Part shown: positions 40,355 to 50,457 of the stretch, piece by piece
Position numbering within the stretch: position 1 is the stretch's first letter
Layout of the letters: every line of letters starts with the position of its first letter
Assembly (NCBI GenBank): GCA_965248535.1
Contig: CBDFJR010000005.1
Location: forward strand, 2,272,001-2,336,000
Reading direction: 5' to 3'
DNA from: Phormidesmis sp.
Lineage (GTDB): Bacteria > Cyanobacteriota > Cyanobacteriia > Leptolyngbyales > Leptolyngbyaceae
DNA: 64,000 nucleotides
The notes under the pieces: model-generated
Databases searched by the model: none
What the model saw: the letters and a program-made list of their open reading frames with translations, nothing else
Told to the model about the DNA's origin: nothing
Program-made: the position numbers and the translations under genes

Positions 40355-41569
40355 ATGCCTAAAAGAGTCTATGTATTTATCAGCACCCTTTGTCTGGTGA
40401 GTGCCCTTTTCTGGAGTTGGGTTGGGGTTTCACAGTCGCCTCAGCCCTCGGTGAGACTGACAACAAATCCATCTATTACTCAAATTCGCCCCCTCGAAGC
40501 TGAAGCTACTGAGGCGATGGGGTCAGGCAGCTATAAGCCACCTGTGCAACTGTCTCTACAGGCGATCGATGCTCAGGGACAGGCGTTAAAAAATGCCAAA
40601 ATTCATCTACAAATCTTCACCCGTCCGAAAAATCCCTGGTTCACAACCGATTTTCCAATTGTAGAAGGGACAAAGCTACTGGATATCGAGGGTAATGCTC
40701 CCACAGGTCAGTTAAGAATTCAGCAAACCTTACCTATTCGAGGAAACTATCAACTGTTGGTGAACGTGACCCCGATCGTTCCTAATACTTTCGCACCCAT
40801 TCAGCAGACGCTGACTCTATTAGTGCCAGAAAATGGAGCCAAATATCGTAATCTTGGCGTTCTAGCAGCTATTTTGCTGGCAGCAGGGTTAGGTGGGGGC
40901 TGGGTCATTGGCAGTAGACAGTCGCTTCAGCCAGGAGAGATTGCGCCTCAGCGAGTCCGACTGTTGTTGAGTGGGGCGATCGTGGTGGCGATCGTGGCCC
41001 TCCTCTACGTCAACATCAGTGCTGAATTTGCCCAATCTCACATGTCGATGGCAATGTCGCATGAGACGGAAGAGGTGCCCAAATCTGACAAACCCTCAAA
41101 GCTGCAATCTCAGGGGCTAGAGATGCAATTGTCGGGTGATACCAGCGCTACGGTAGGTCAGCCTGCTAACCTACAGGTTAGTGTCGTCGATACTAAAACT
41201 CGGCAGCCCATAACGGATGTAGTTTTGAAAGTGACAACGACGCAACTCGAAAATAACTGGGTGGCGTTTGCCTACGAGGGCACTCCAGACAGCACCGGGA
41301 AATTAGCGTGGCAGCAGGAATTCTTTGATGGTGCACCGCACAATGTTGAGGTCGAAGTTTCACCTCAGTCAAGCTCTGCACGGAGATTTAAGCCATTCCA
41401 AGTTGCACAATCTATATCTGTAGAAGGCGTTGCTCCCCCGCTGCTGGTTCGATTGATTTCGCTGGCTTACTTCACAGGAGTTGTGGCAGTTGGTCTGCTG
41501 TTAGGACTGTGGCTACAACGGCGACGGAATCAGCCGTCAGCACCCGCTTGGAAGCGTAATGTTTCTTAG
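40355..41569 (+). CDS. Uncharacterised membrane protein, two extracytoplasmic beta domains, His/Met linker
   Basis: Signal/TM, two central TMs, SHMSMAMSHE, C-terminal TM; downstream of cbtB. Confidence 0.8.
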   Translation: MPKRVYVFISTLCLVSALFWSWVGVSQSPQPSVRLTTNPSITQIRPLEAEATEAMGSGSYKPPVQLSLQAIDAQGQALKNAKIHLQIFTRPKNPWFTTDFPIVEGTKLLDIEGNAPTGQLRIQQTLPIRGNYQLLVNVTPIVPNTFAPIQQTLTLLVPENGAKYRNLGVLAAILLAAGLGGGWVIGSRQSLQPGEIAPQRVRLLLSGAIVVAIVALLYVNISAEFAQSHMSMAMSHETEEVPKSDKPSKLQSQGLEMQLSGDTSATVGQPANLQVSVVDTKTRQPITDVVLKVTTTQLENNWVAFAYEGTPDSTGKLAWQQEFFDGAPHNVEVEVSPQSSSARRFKPFQVAQSISVEGVAPPLLVRLISLAYFTGVVAVGLLLGLWLQRRRNQPSAPAWKRNVS

Positions 41570-41640
41570 TTAGGGTCAAGCCAGTAGTGTTATCCCCAGT
41601 GATTGTGGACACGTTTATTTCGAGAGATCAGTCTATCCCA

Positions 41641-41677
41641 AGCCAATTTCGGCTGTCCTCGATCGCCGAAATTGGCT
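41641..41677 (+). terminator. Stem-loop after cbtB-linked operon
   Basis: AGCCAATTTCGGC / GCCGAAATTGGCT 13-bp stem. Confidence 0.55.
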
Positions 41678-41712
41678 CATCAAGTGCCTGCGCCAGAAAT
41701 GTCTCTACAGTA

Positions 41713-41747
41713 TTTTAGGGGATTTTTTAGGGGATTTTTTAGGGGAT
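41713..41747. repeat. Short tandem repeat (TTTTAGGGGATT) x3
   Basis: Seen directly upstream of padR. Confidence 0.8.
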
Positions 41748-41824
41748 AGCCTCAATTCAATTTAAGTTACCGATATATCGCGATATATTTTTATATGGCC
41801 TATACTGGAGACAGTTGTTTGGTA

Positions 41825-42436
41825 ATGAAGCTAATGTTTAGACACTTTCGCCCTCACTTTCACACCCCTGCTTGGGCAGGAGAAAGCTCCGATGAACTCT
41901 TTTCCCGTCCCTGGTTTCAGCATGGCAGAGGCGCTCACGGCAAGCACTTCATTGAAGAGATGTTTGGTTTTGGCAGCGAAGATGAACCTCGCACTCGCCG
42001 GGGAGACATCAAATTTCTGCTGCTAGAATTGCTATCTGAGCAACCCAGCCACGGCTACGACTTAATCAAGCGCATGGAAGCTCGCTATGGAGGCTCGCGT
42101 CGCCTCAGTCCTGGTTCTGTTTATCCCACGCTGCAACTGCTCGAAGATGGCGGCTATGTGATCGGTGAAACCACTGGGGGCAAGCGAGTTTATACCATTA
42201 CAGATACGGGCAGACAGTTCCTGGCTGAACACGTTCAGCAAGCGCCCCCTAGCGCTCCTTGGGAGGCATTCAAAAATAAACCCCAAGAGTTCAATCAATT
42301 GCGGCAGGCGGCGACGGAGTTAGCGGGTGCAGTCATGCAGTCGGCTCGAAGTGGCAACTCCGATCGCATGAATCGCGTCAAGGAACTGCTAGAACGAACG
42401 AAGCGAGAAATCTATGCCATTTTAGCGGAGGAATAG
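41825..42436 (+). CDS. PadR family transcriptional regulator
   Basis: RRGDIKFLLL..HGYDLI..SPGSVYPTLQLLED..KRVYTITDTG. Confidence 0.9.
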   Translation: MKLMFRHFRPHFHTPAWAGESSDELFSRPWFQHGRGAHGKHFIEEMFGFGSEDEPRTRRGDIKFLLLELLSEQPSHGYDLIKRMEARYGGSRRLSPGSVYPTLQLLEDGGYVIGETTGGKRVYTITDTGRQFLAEHVQQAPPSAPWEAFKNKPQEFNQLRQAATELAGAVMQSARSGNSDRMNRVKELLERTKREIYAILAEE

Positions 42437-42577
42437 GTTGCAACAGACCAGTGAAGCTGTAGTTTCTCTGGTCTGACGCATCAATTTTTTTGCCAGACTC
42501 CTAGTTTGATAGGGTACGCAACGGTGTAGCCCCAACTGTGAGATGACCATGAATCTAAGCTTGTCTTTTGAGAGTAA

Positions 42578-42713
42578 TACCAATTTCGGATGCAATTGCG
42601 ACTGATCGTTCAATCCGACGGGGCACGGCATGCCATGCCCCTACGCTTTTTGTACGGGCATGGCACTGCCGTGCCCTCATGCGGATCTGTCGCATTCACA
42701 AATCAAATTGGTA
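42578..42713. mobile_element. MITE with 9-bp TIRs, TAA flanks and internal REP-like palindromes
   Basis: TAA|TACCAATTT...AAATTGGTA|TAA; internal GGGGCACGGCATGCCATGCCCCTAC; second copy at 62330-62442. Confidence 0.8.
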
Positions 42714-42831
42714 TAAATCGAGCTTGAGAGTCAAACTGCAACGGATTATCTACTGCGGAAACAATCAAGTTTGAGGACTCTGAGGCACGATCGTTTGGGA
42801 ACTGAGATAGCGAGCGTGACAGAAATCAAGG

Positions 42832-43842
42832 TCAATCGGGAGGAGAAACCTCAAAATAGCGAGCCAGCACATCTGCTGTCATCTGGGGGTCTGTGATCCA
42901 ATAACTCAGCGGGAACTCATCGGCACGGCTAAATCTCCCTGGCAGCATCACTAAGTTGAGATGTTGTCGGTCAAGGCTCGTTAGATTTTTCGAGATGGCT
43001 AGCAGATCTCCTAGCGATAGATTGCTGTCTACATTTTCTTGCACAACGTGAACCAGTTGCGGCAATTTAGCTAACATCTTAGGCTGAACTAGCTTTTGTA
43101 GAATCAGTTTGACCACTTCTTGCTGCCTTTGCACCCGTCCAATATCTCCCAAATTGTCATGGCGATACCGAACATATTCTTGCAAGTGTTGACCACTGAG
43201 CGTCTGTTTTCCGGGCGCTAGATGAATGGTTAAGTGTTGAGTCTGATCGATGTAGTTCATCGGTTTGGGAACAGTGACTTCTAACCCATCGATCGCATCG
43301 ACTAAACGCACAAACCCTTCTGTGTCAACGCGGATATATCGATCAATTGCCATGTTTCCTAAGAGTTGACTCACCGTTTGAGCAGCCAAGGTCGCCCCAC
43401 CTTTGACATTCGCGCTATTGATCTTGTCAAGTCCAATTCCTGGAATTTGCACTCTACTATCTCTGGGAATGGACAAAATAGTAACCTGATGCTGACTCGG
43501 ATCTAAGCGAACCAAGAGCAGGGTGTCGCTGTTGCCAGAGAGCGCCTCCGCAGGAGTAACGTGATCTGCGTGGGGATGCCCAGAATTGTCAATTCCCAGG
43601 ATCAGAATGTTAAGGGGACGAGTCAACGGCTCTGAAATGAGCGATGTCAGGCTGTCGGTATATCGCGACAGTTGAGCTTTAGAACCCGCACGACTTAGCG
43701 GTGAAAAACACAGCGCGACAACCATCGCCATCCCTGCAAATCCTGACATGCAGGATAATGCGGTCAATAAATCACGAGACTGTGACGATCGTTGAGAAGG
43801 CTTGCTGCAAATTCTTGAACGGAATTTTGTTTTTTTAACCAC
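42832..43842 (-). CDS. LCP (LytR-CpsA-Psr) family protein
   Basis: NILILGID, SDTLLL, LSIPRD, YVRYRHD.LGDIGRVQRQ. Confidence 0.92.
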   Translation of the reverse strand: MVKKTKFRSRICSKPSQRSSQSRDLLTALSCMSGFAGMAMVVALCFSPLSRAGSKAQLSRYTDSLTSLISEPLTRPLNILILGIDNSGHPHADHVTPAEALSGNSDTLLLVRLDPSQHQVTILSIPRDSRVQIPGIGLDKINSANVKGGATLAAQTVSQLLGNMAIDRYIRVDTEGFVRLVDAIDGLEVTVPKPMNYIDQTQHLTIHLAPGKQTLSGQHLQEYVRYRHDNLGDIGRVQRQQEVVKLILQKLVQPKMLAKLPQLVHVVQENVDSNLSLGDLLAISKNLTSLDRQHLNLVMLPGRFSRADEFPLSYWITDPQMTADVLARYFEVSPPD

Positions 43843-43992
43843 AAGTTTCTAGGCAACTCCGCACGCCTTGCAGACCCTACGGTTTAGCTTCAGAGACTAT
43901 TATGCCACTATTCAGGCGATCGTATACTGCTGAGTCAGAGTCCTGATGAAAAATGGATGACCTGTCCCTCAGCTTTCAGGAGCAATTTCGAG

Positions 43993-44496
43993 TTACTTGA
44001 TGCCCAGCACACAGGCTCCAGAGAACTGAATAGAGGCAGGGCAATTTTCTACTCGCACTTCACGAAACTCAGTATCGACAAGCAACTGTGCGACTTCATT
44101 GCTGTCATATAGGGTAAACAAATCGGGCGGTGGAACGGGAGGCTTTTGTTGCTTGATCCAGGTAGCTTTAGGTAAGAGTGTGATGGCTAACAATCCACCT
44201 GGTTTTAAGGTGCGACGGATTTCCTGCAAGCCAGCGATCGCGTTGGCCCAAAAGTAAATGCAGTGGATTGTCATAGCTTTGTCAAAGGATTCATCTTCAT
44301 AAGGCAATGACGCAACCTCGCCGTGTTTGAGATCGACTCGTCCAGCTTTGATTGCATTCGCATTGCGGTGACTAGCAGCCTGCACCATTGTTTCAGACGC
44401 ATCAATGCCAGCAACAAGACCTACGATCGCTGTCTGCGCGGCGTACTCAATTCCCAAATCACGGGTTGAACGTGTAGTCATGCTGTGGGGCTTCAC
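43993..44496 (-). pseudogene. Class I SAM methyltransferase, probably N-terminally truncated
   Basis: GIDASETMV, LPYEDESFD and LKPGG present, but the glycine-rich motif I is absent. Confidence 0.6.
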
Positions 44497-44514
44497 TCTT
44501 GTATAGGGCTACCT

Positions 44515-45132
44515 TTATTTTGCCTTTGTTGCCACACCTTGATAAAAATAGGCGATCATTTTAGGAAGATTTTCAGCGTAAAACTCTTCTACCGTTAGAG
44601 TATCAAACTGGGTTTCAACCAGTTGCCGAATAGGGCGATCGAGATGACAACCATCGGCAATCACTTTCTGGATTGGGGTCAATCGATGTTGCCAAACTTG
44701 AGTTCCAGCCTCGTTGCTCAACCCGTGCTCCACAAAAAAGAATCGCCCGCCAGGTTTCAACACTCGATAGATTTCTTTGAGGGCTTGCTCAACATTCATA
44801 ATACTGCATAGGGTAAAGGTGCTTACAACACTATCAAACGTCCCTTCTGCCATGGACAAACATTCTCCATTTAAGAGGTGATGATCGACTGCGATCGCAG
44901 AGGTCTGAATGCGTTTTTGAGCCAGTTTATGAGTGCCTGGATTGACATCCACCGTAACGATTTTATGAATCTCTTGGGGATAGTAAGAAAGATTTAGACC
45001 CGTGCCAAACCCAATTTCTAAAACGTCTCCTTTCACATTCTCTAGAGTTTTCTGGCGATACTTTCCAAAATTGGCACTAGACATTGACCAATCCAGCAGG
45101 TACGGAAAAATTCTTTGTGCATAAAATCCCAT
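44515..45132 (-). CDS. Class I SAM-dependent methyltransferase
   Basis: VLEIGFGTGLN, FDSVVSTFTLCS, LKPGG..EHG, GCHLDR. Confidence 0.9.
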   Translation of the reverse strand: MGFYAQRIFPYLLDWSMSSANFGKYRQKTLENVKGDVLEIGFGTGLNLSYYPQEIHKIVTVDVNPGTHKLAQKRIQTSAIAVDHHLLNGECLSMAEGTFDSVVSTFTLCSIMNVEQALKEIYRVLKPGGRFFFVEHGLSNEAGTQVWQHRLTPIQKVIADGCHLDRPIRQLVETQFDTLTVEEFYAENLPKMIAYFYQGVATKAK

Positions 45133-45358
45133 TGAGTTCTCCTTCTCGTTTGTTGTCAAAGTTAATAGATTTCGTCGTTTTTGATGCTTTGGCTAAAAGC
45201 GAGATCTGAGAGTGATCTATATCAGCATTTTATTCATGCAGGAGGTCTGTTGAAAGGTAGACACGCGATCGAGTCTAACAAAGTACCCAGAAGGGGACTG
45301 TCGATCGTCTCTCGCGTTTTTCACAATGAAGTGACTCACTCATAAAAGGATACCTCTA

Positions 45359-45757
45359 ATGATTGCCCCTACTGTCACCCATCCTAACCTCTATCAACTT
45401 CAAGGACATCAATTACACGTTCTATATGCTGCATCGGGCATTGACGGTCAGCCTCATTTTGACTATCAAGATGCTCATCAATCTCTGCACTTCAAAGGTG
45501 ATCAAATTCGCACAGTCGAGTTAGAAATTGGCACTCTTGTTACTGTGACCCTTCGGCTCACGGTTGATGCTGGCTCCACATCCTTTAGCGTGCTCTTACC
45601 CCAAGTTAACCTCGACCAGACCAAGCAGGCACGGATCGCGACTGAAGGAATTATAACGGTGCACCGTTTCTCACTAGTTCCTCAGTTTAACCTAGGACAA
45701 ACCGAGCTTTACACTGTCACCCATCTCACGGGCATTGCTCAACTTGTAGCGTTCTAA
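45359..45757 (+). CDS. Hypothetical protein, paralogue of 29935-30348
   Basis: Shared motif pattern; AAGGA RBS. Confidence 0.78.
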   Translation: MIAPTVTHPNLYQLQGHQLHVLYAASGIDGQPHFDYQDAHQSLHFKGDQIRTVELEIGTLVTVTLRLTVDAGSTSFSVLLPQVNLDQTKQARIATEGIITVHRFSLVPQFNLGQTELYTVTHLTGIAQLVAF

Positions 45758-46041
45758 ATCGTCTGCCAGGGCTGGTGAGAGCCGATTTGGGCGATCGCTG
45801 GCTCAATGACTTTAAACCTGACGCTTAACGTCATGCTGAACTCTCGCACAAGAAATCTTACCCCAAGCCGGGAATCAAAGGTGAAAGGACAAATCTACAC
45901 TGTTTATAATTGAAAGGCCTGCTCTAAAAATAGCGCATGAAGTGTCAAGAACTTAGAAAGACTAGCTGATTTTACGGTTCTTTTCGACTTCTTGACGTTT
46001 ATTGAGTACAGTACGATCGTCCTTTCAATGCACGCTTAAAA

Positions 46042-46719
46042 ATGCAAAGTCTGATTCGCTTTTGGGTTCACCGGGTCAATCCACAGCTTGCAACACTGAT
46101 TGCAGCCGTTGGCACGATCGGGCTATTGAGTTGTTTAGTGATTCTCCTAGGCTTGAGTTGGCTGTTTCAAGAAGTTTTAGAAAAAGAAGCCTTTGGATTT
46201 GATACAACGGTGCTGCTGGCAGTACATCAGTGGTCAAATCCGAGTCTAGATCAAGTCATGTTGAGCTTAACTCGGTTAGGTGATCCTGAATTTGTGGTGG
46301 TGGTCATTATTCTAAGTTTGGGACTGTTGTTATGGAGACGACAGCGAACAGAGGCGAAAATGTTGGCGATCGCGTGTCTGGGCGCGCTGATTCTCAATCA
46401 GGGTTTAAAGCTCTTTTTTGCGAAACCCCGTCCTCAGCTTTGGACTCCTCTGATTGTTGAAACGTCGTTTAGCTTTCCCAGTGGTCATGCCTTGGGTTCG
46501 CTAGTGCTCTATGGATTTCTGGCCTATCTTTTAGCCGTTAACTATCCCAGACTATCTCACTGGATTTATAGTGTTGCTGTCTTCTTAGTGATGGCGATCG
46601 GGGTCAGTCGCTTATATTTAGGTGTTCATTGGGTCACGGATGTCGCGGCGGGTTATGCCGTTGGGTTCCTTTGGCTGATGGTTTGCATCACTATGCTGAG
46701 ACTGCAAACAAAAAGGTAA
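46042..46719 (+). CDS. PAP2 family phosphatase
   Basis: KLFFAKPRP, FPSGHA, SRLYLGVHWVTDV. Confidence 0.92.
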   Translation: MQSLIRFWVHRVNPQLATLIAAVGTIGLLSCLVILLGLSWLFQEVLEKEAFGFDTTVLLAVHQWSNPSLDQVMLSLTRLGDPEFVVVVIILSLGLLLWRRQRTEAKMLAIACLGALILNQGLKLFFAKPRPQLWTPLIVETSFSFPSGHALGSLVLYGFLAYLLAVNYPRLSHWIYSVAVFLVMAIGVSRLYLGVHWVTDVAAGYAVGFLWLMVCITMLRLQTKR

Positions 46720-46736
46720 TTAGATATATTTAGTCG

Positions 46737-48653
46737 TCAATTTTTGAGGAGTCTTAACCCACTGAGGGTAACTAGCACGGTCGAACCCTCGTGTCCCACT
46801 ACCCCCAACGGTAACGTGATGTGACTAAAAAAGGTTGCCATCAACAACAGCCCAATGAAACTGAGCGCGAACGCAATGTTTTGTTTAACAACCCGCTGAG
46901 AGCGGCGGCCGAGACGAATTGCTGTGACTAATCGTTCGAGTTGATCTGCCATTAAGATAATGTCTGCGGTTTCGAGCGCCACATCACTTCCGGCAGTTCC
47001 CATTGCGATTCCCACAGTTGCTTGAGCCAGTGCAGGTGCATCGTTGATGCCATCACCCACCATTGCAACGGTTTTGTACTGTTGTTGAAGCGATCGCACT
47101 ACGTCTACTTTGTGTTCGGGCAGCAGTTCAGAATACACTTGATCAATTCCAAGTTCCTTGGCAATACTGCGAGCCGTGCGATCGTTGTCTCCGGTTAGCA
47201 TGACGATTTCTTGAATACCCATTCGCTTTAATCGAGCGATCGTTCGAGCGGCTTCGGGTCGGACGGTATCGGCGATCGCAATTACGCCGAGCGGTTTTCC
47301 GGCATAGGCAACCCACACCACGGTTTTTCCGGTTTCTTCCAACTGATGGGCTGATGCAATTAGAGTATCTGACCAACCGCTAATCTGTTTCTGAACAAAG
47401 GCGGCTTTCCCAACGATCGCCCATTGCTGATCGAGTTCTCCCGTGATTCCCTGTCCAGTATGGGCTTGAACATTTGTGGCTTGCCTCCATTCAATCTGCT
47501 GATTTTGGGCAAATCTCACGATGGCTTCCCCGATCGGATGTTCAGATAAGCTTTCTAGAGCAGTCGCGACTTGGAGTAATTGCGTTTTAGTCTGACCAAC
47601 CGCAATAATTTGAACAACTTGGGGCTTCCCGACTGTGAGCGTTCCGGTTTTGTCGAATGCGATCGCTCGAACTCGTCCAATCTGTTCCAACTGAGCGCCA
47701 TTTTTGAACAAAATTCCCTGCCGTGCCCCATTCGCAATGCCCGATAAGAGCGTAGGCATTGTTGCCGCCATTAGCGCGCATGGAGACGCGACAACGAGAA
47801 AAATTAAGGCTCGATAGATCGTCGTCTCCCAACTCCAGCCCCACAACGGCGGCACAATTATCAGCAAGATTCCGGCAATCACAATGACTCTGGCGTAACT
47901 GCGCTCAAATCGTTCGATAAACTGCTGTGACGGGGGTGTTTCGGTTTGGGCTTGCTCGACCAGCCGGATTACACGCTGAATCAAACTGCTTTCGGGCGGC
48001 TGATGAATTTTGAGCTTCAAAGCACCGTTGCCGTTAATCGTTCCGGCAAAGACTTCATCCCCGATCGTTTTCTCAACAGGCATCGATTCTCCCGTAATCG
48101 ATGCTTGGTTGAGGGCACTGAATCCTTCCACAATCAAGCCATCTGTTGGCACCAGTTCGCCGGGTTTGACAATTACTTCGTTGCCTATTTTAAGCGTTGA
48201 AATGGCAACTTCTTCCTCTCGTCCGTCTCGCCAAACTCGTGCGGTATCTGAAGTCAAATTCATCAAGCTGCGGATACTGCGCGCAGTGTGCTGCATTGCA
48301 TACCCTTCAAGCGCGCCACTGATTGAGAAGATCAAGATCAGAATCGCGCCATCCACAATGAAGGAATAATCCCGCTGCCACAATCCCAGTCCTGCTGCTC
48401 CCAAAGCCGCCACAATCATCAGGAGATCGACATCTAGTTCTTTGTCTTCAAACAGGGTAGTTAACCCTTCACGGGCGCTTTCATAGCCCCCAATTACGTA
48501 GGCCGCAGGGAGAATCAGCAGTGCAAGTCCGAGCCAGCCTGATTGCAGCGTGAGCCAGCCCAGGAAAACCAGAATGCCGCAGACGATCGCCGCAACTGCA
48601 TCGGGCTGCTCCTTTAGAAGAGTAGAAAAGCTAGGAATAGTTGGTGAAGACAT
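46737..48653 (-). CDS. coaT: P1B-4 heavy-metal ATPase, cobalt exporter CoaT-like
   Basis: SPC and HEGST TM motifs, [13 protein letters not shown]; divergent from coaR. Confidence 0.88.
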   Translation of the reverse strand: MSSPTIPSFSTLLKEQPDAVAAIVCGILVFLGWLTLQSGWLGLALLILPAAYVIGGYESAREGLTTLFEDKELDVDLLMIVAALGAAGLGLWQRDYSFIVDGAILILIFSISGALEGYAMQHTARSIRSLMNLTSDTARVWRDGREEEVAISTLKIGNEVIVKPGELVPTDGLIVEGFSALNQASITGESMPVEKTIGDEVFAGTINGNGALKLKIHQPPESSLIQRVIRLVEQAQTETPPSQQFIERFERSYARVIVIAGILLIIVPPLWGWSWETTIYRALIFLVVASPCALMAATMPTLLSGIANGARQGILFKNGAQLEQIGRVRAIAFDKTGTLTVGKPQVVQIIAVGQTKTQLLQVATALESLSEHPIGEAIVRFAQNQQIEWRQATNVQAHTGQGITGELDQQWAIVGKAAFVQKQISGWSDTLIASAHQLEETGKTVVWVAYAGKPLGVIAIADTVRPEAARTIARLKRMGIQEIVMLTGDNDRTARSIAKELGIDQVYSELLPEHKVDVVRSLQQQYKTVAMVGDGINDAPALAQATVGIAMGTAGSDVALETADIILMADQLERLVTAIRLGRRSQRVVKQNIAFALSFIGLLLMATFFSHITLPLGVVGHEGSTVLVTLSGLRLLKN

Positions 48654-48684
48654 AAACAGTTAGTAGAGAAAAAATCACTCCTCT

Positions 48685-48716
48685 ACTCTAAACCTTGACA
48701 TTAGTGTCAATGTCAA
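48685..48716 (-). promoter_or_regulatory. MerR-type promoter/operator for coaT
   Basis: -35 TTGACA, 20-nt spacer containing TTGACA-N4-TGTCAA, -10 TAGAGT. Confidence 0.78.
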
Positions 48717-48738
48717 CCTTCTCGTTTACGATTAAGGG

Positions 48739-49878
48739 ATGAAAACGCAGAACTTGACGATTAAAGAACTGACCGAGGCAGTAGGCGGAGGCATCACGCC
48801 GCGAATGGTACGGCATTACCACACGCTGGGTTTGTTGCCTCAACCGCAACGGTCAGCCAGCAACTATCGCCTCTATGGTCAGCGAGAGGTGCAGCAACTT
48901 AAGCAGATTGTTGCCCTAAAACAGCAGGGATTTCAGCTTTCTCATGTTCAGCAGTTACTCAGAAATGATGTAGGAACAGATGTTGAGCAAACGGTGATTA
49001 CACAACTCCAACGGCACTATCACACGGTTATTCAACAGTTGGCGCGACTTCGGCAGACTGCTGCTGCATTAGAAGGAGTCTTGGGACGCGGTTGCTTCGC
49101 AGTTCCCCAAAGGGGTAATCGTAATTGTCAAACAATTCAGGCAGAAGCCCTGGCTCAACTGAGGCTATTAGAAGTCGAAACCCAAGACGGATTGGGAGAC
49201 TTAGAAAAACTTTGGCATCGCTTAGATGCAGAAACCACTGCCCATCCAGAAGCCTTTCAAGAATCGTTGCAGCGGCTGCTGCCTGATCTTTCTGACCGTT
49301 CTGAAATTGAAGTTGATTTGCTGTCTCAGCTTGTGTTGGCGTGCGGCGATGTCAGTCTAGTGCAGTTTGTGCGACGGAGTAAGGACGCGATTTCTGCTGC
49401 TCGTGATGCGCTCAAAGCTGGGTGTCAAATCGTGGGCGACGCTGCACCTGTGGTTTCTGCCCTAGATCAAACTCGCCTAGCTCATCTCAAGTGTCCGGTT
49501 GAGACTCTGATTGCTGATTTGCACATCACAGGCGCAGCCGATGCAGAGCAAGCTTTTTGGAACAATGAGCAATGGCAAGACCGATTAGAGCAGCTTCCGG
49601 TTGGCTGCATTTTGGTCATTGGCTATGCGCCTTCAGTTTTGATAACTGCCTGTACCTTGATTGAAAAAGGTCAATTGCAGCCTGCGTTGGTGATTGCGAT
49701 GCCGATCGGGTTTAGTCATGCGCCTGCGGCAAAGCGACGGCTGATGAGATTGGGCGTTCCCTACATCACGATCGAGGGAACTTTGGGCGGTGGATTATTG
49801 GCAGCCGTGGCACTCAATGCGCTTGTAGAATCTCTGATTGAGAAGCCAGACTGTCACTGTTATCTATCCGCTTTGTGA
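48739..49878 (+). CDS. coaR: Cobalt-sensing MerR regulator fused to precorrin isomerase (CobH/CbiC)-like domain
   Basis: MerR HTH (RMVRHYH..SNYRLY), IGYAPS..MPIGF CbiC-like domain, C-terminal CHC. Confidence 0.9.
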   Translation: MKTQNLTIKELTEAVGGGITPRMVRHYHTLGLLPQPQRSASNYRLYGQREVQQLKQIVALKQQGFQLSHVQQLLRNDVGTDVEQTVITQLQRHYHTVIQQLARLRQTAAALEGVLGRGCFAVPQRGNRNCQTIQAEALAQLRLLEVETQDGLGDLEKLWHRLDAETTAHPEAFQESLQRLLPDLSDRSEIEVDLLSQLVLACGDVSLVQFVRRSKDAISAARDALKAGCQIVGDAAPVVSALDQTRLAHLKCPVETLIADLHITGAADAEQAFWNNEQWQDRLEQLPVGCILVIGYAPSVLITACTLIEKGQLQPALVIAMPIGFSHAPAAKRRLMRLGVPYITIEGTLGGGLLAAVALNALVESLIEKPDCHCYLSAL

Positions 49879-50448
49879 CTAATCTCGCTGTGCAACAAGA
49901 TTTTGAGCCGTCGATTTTGAAGGCTCTGTTACCTGCACTTCAATTACGCCGTGAAACATATTCATGCCACAGGTGAATGGATAGTCTCCAGGTTGGGTGG
50001 GCGTGAACTCGATCGCCGTGACTTGATTGAGCGGCAAATCTTTTGCAATGTGAAAATCAGGGATTCGCACCGCGTCGAGACAGCTAGACGGATCACGGCG
50101 ATCGAAGCTTAATCGCACAGGCTGCCCAACACTGACCACAATGCGATCGGGTTCATAGCCACCATCAACCGTAATGGTCGCTTCCTGAATTCCTTGATTA
50201 GTGTCGGCTTTGCGAGACTTAGATTTGCTCAACAAAAACCACCAGAGTTCTGCTCCGATTAATCCAATTCCACCTGCTGTCACCGCGCTTTTGAGCCAAA
50301 TTGGTTGCTCAATGCGTTGAAATTGAGTGACTAGTTCAGTTCCAGATGGTTGCATTTGATCGTGCGGCATTTGGGCAACTGCTCTGCCTGAAATGCCTAG
50401 CATCAGCCCAAAAGCCAAGCTTCCGATAATCCAGTATTTTTGTGTCAT
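49879..50448 (-). CDS. Cupredoxin-domain membrane protein
   Basis: VDGGYEP..SSCL..FTCGMNMFHG. Confidence 0.88.
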   Translation of the reverse strand: MTQKYWIIGSLAFGLMLGISGRAVAQMPHDQMQPSGTELVTQFQRIEQPIWLKSAVTAGGIGLIGAELWWFLLSKSKSRKADTNQGIQEATITVDGGYEPDRIVVSVGQPVRLSFDRRDPSSCLDAVRIPDFHIAKDLPLNQVTAIEFTPTQPGDYPFTCGMNMFHGVIEVQVTEPSKSTAQNLVAQRD

Positions 50449-50457
50449 TGTTTCTCC

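Noticed and set aside
42568..42774. Similar small ORFs at 42568 and 62264 as a protein family
   Set aside because: They are translations of the repeated MITE
45812..45835. MerR-like dyad TGACG-CTTAA-CGTCA upstream of PAP2 gene
   Set aside because: Short, and no properly spaced -35/-10 pair identified
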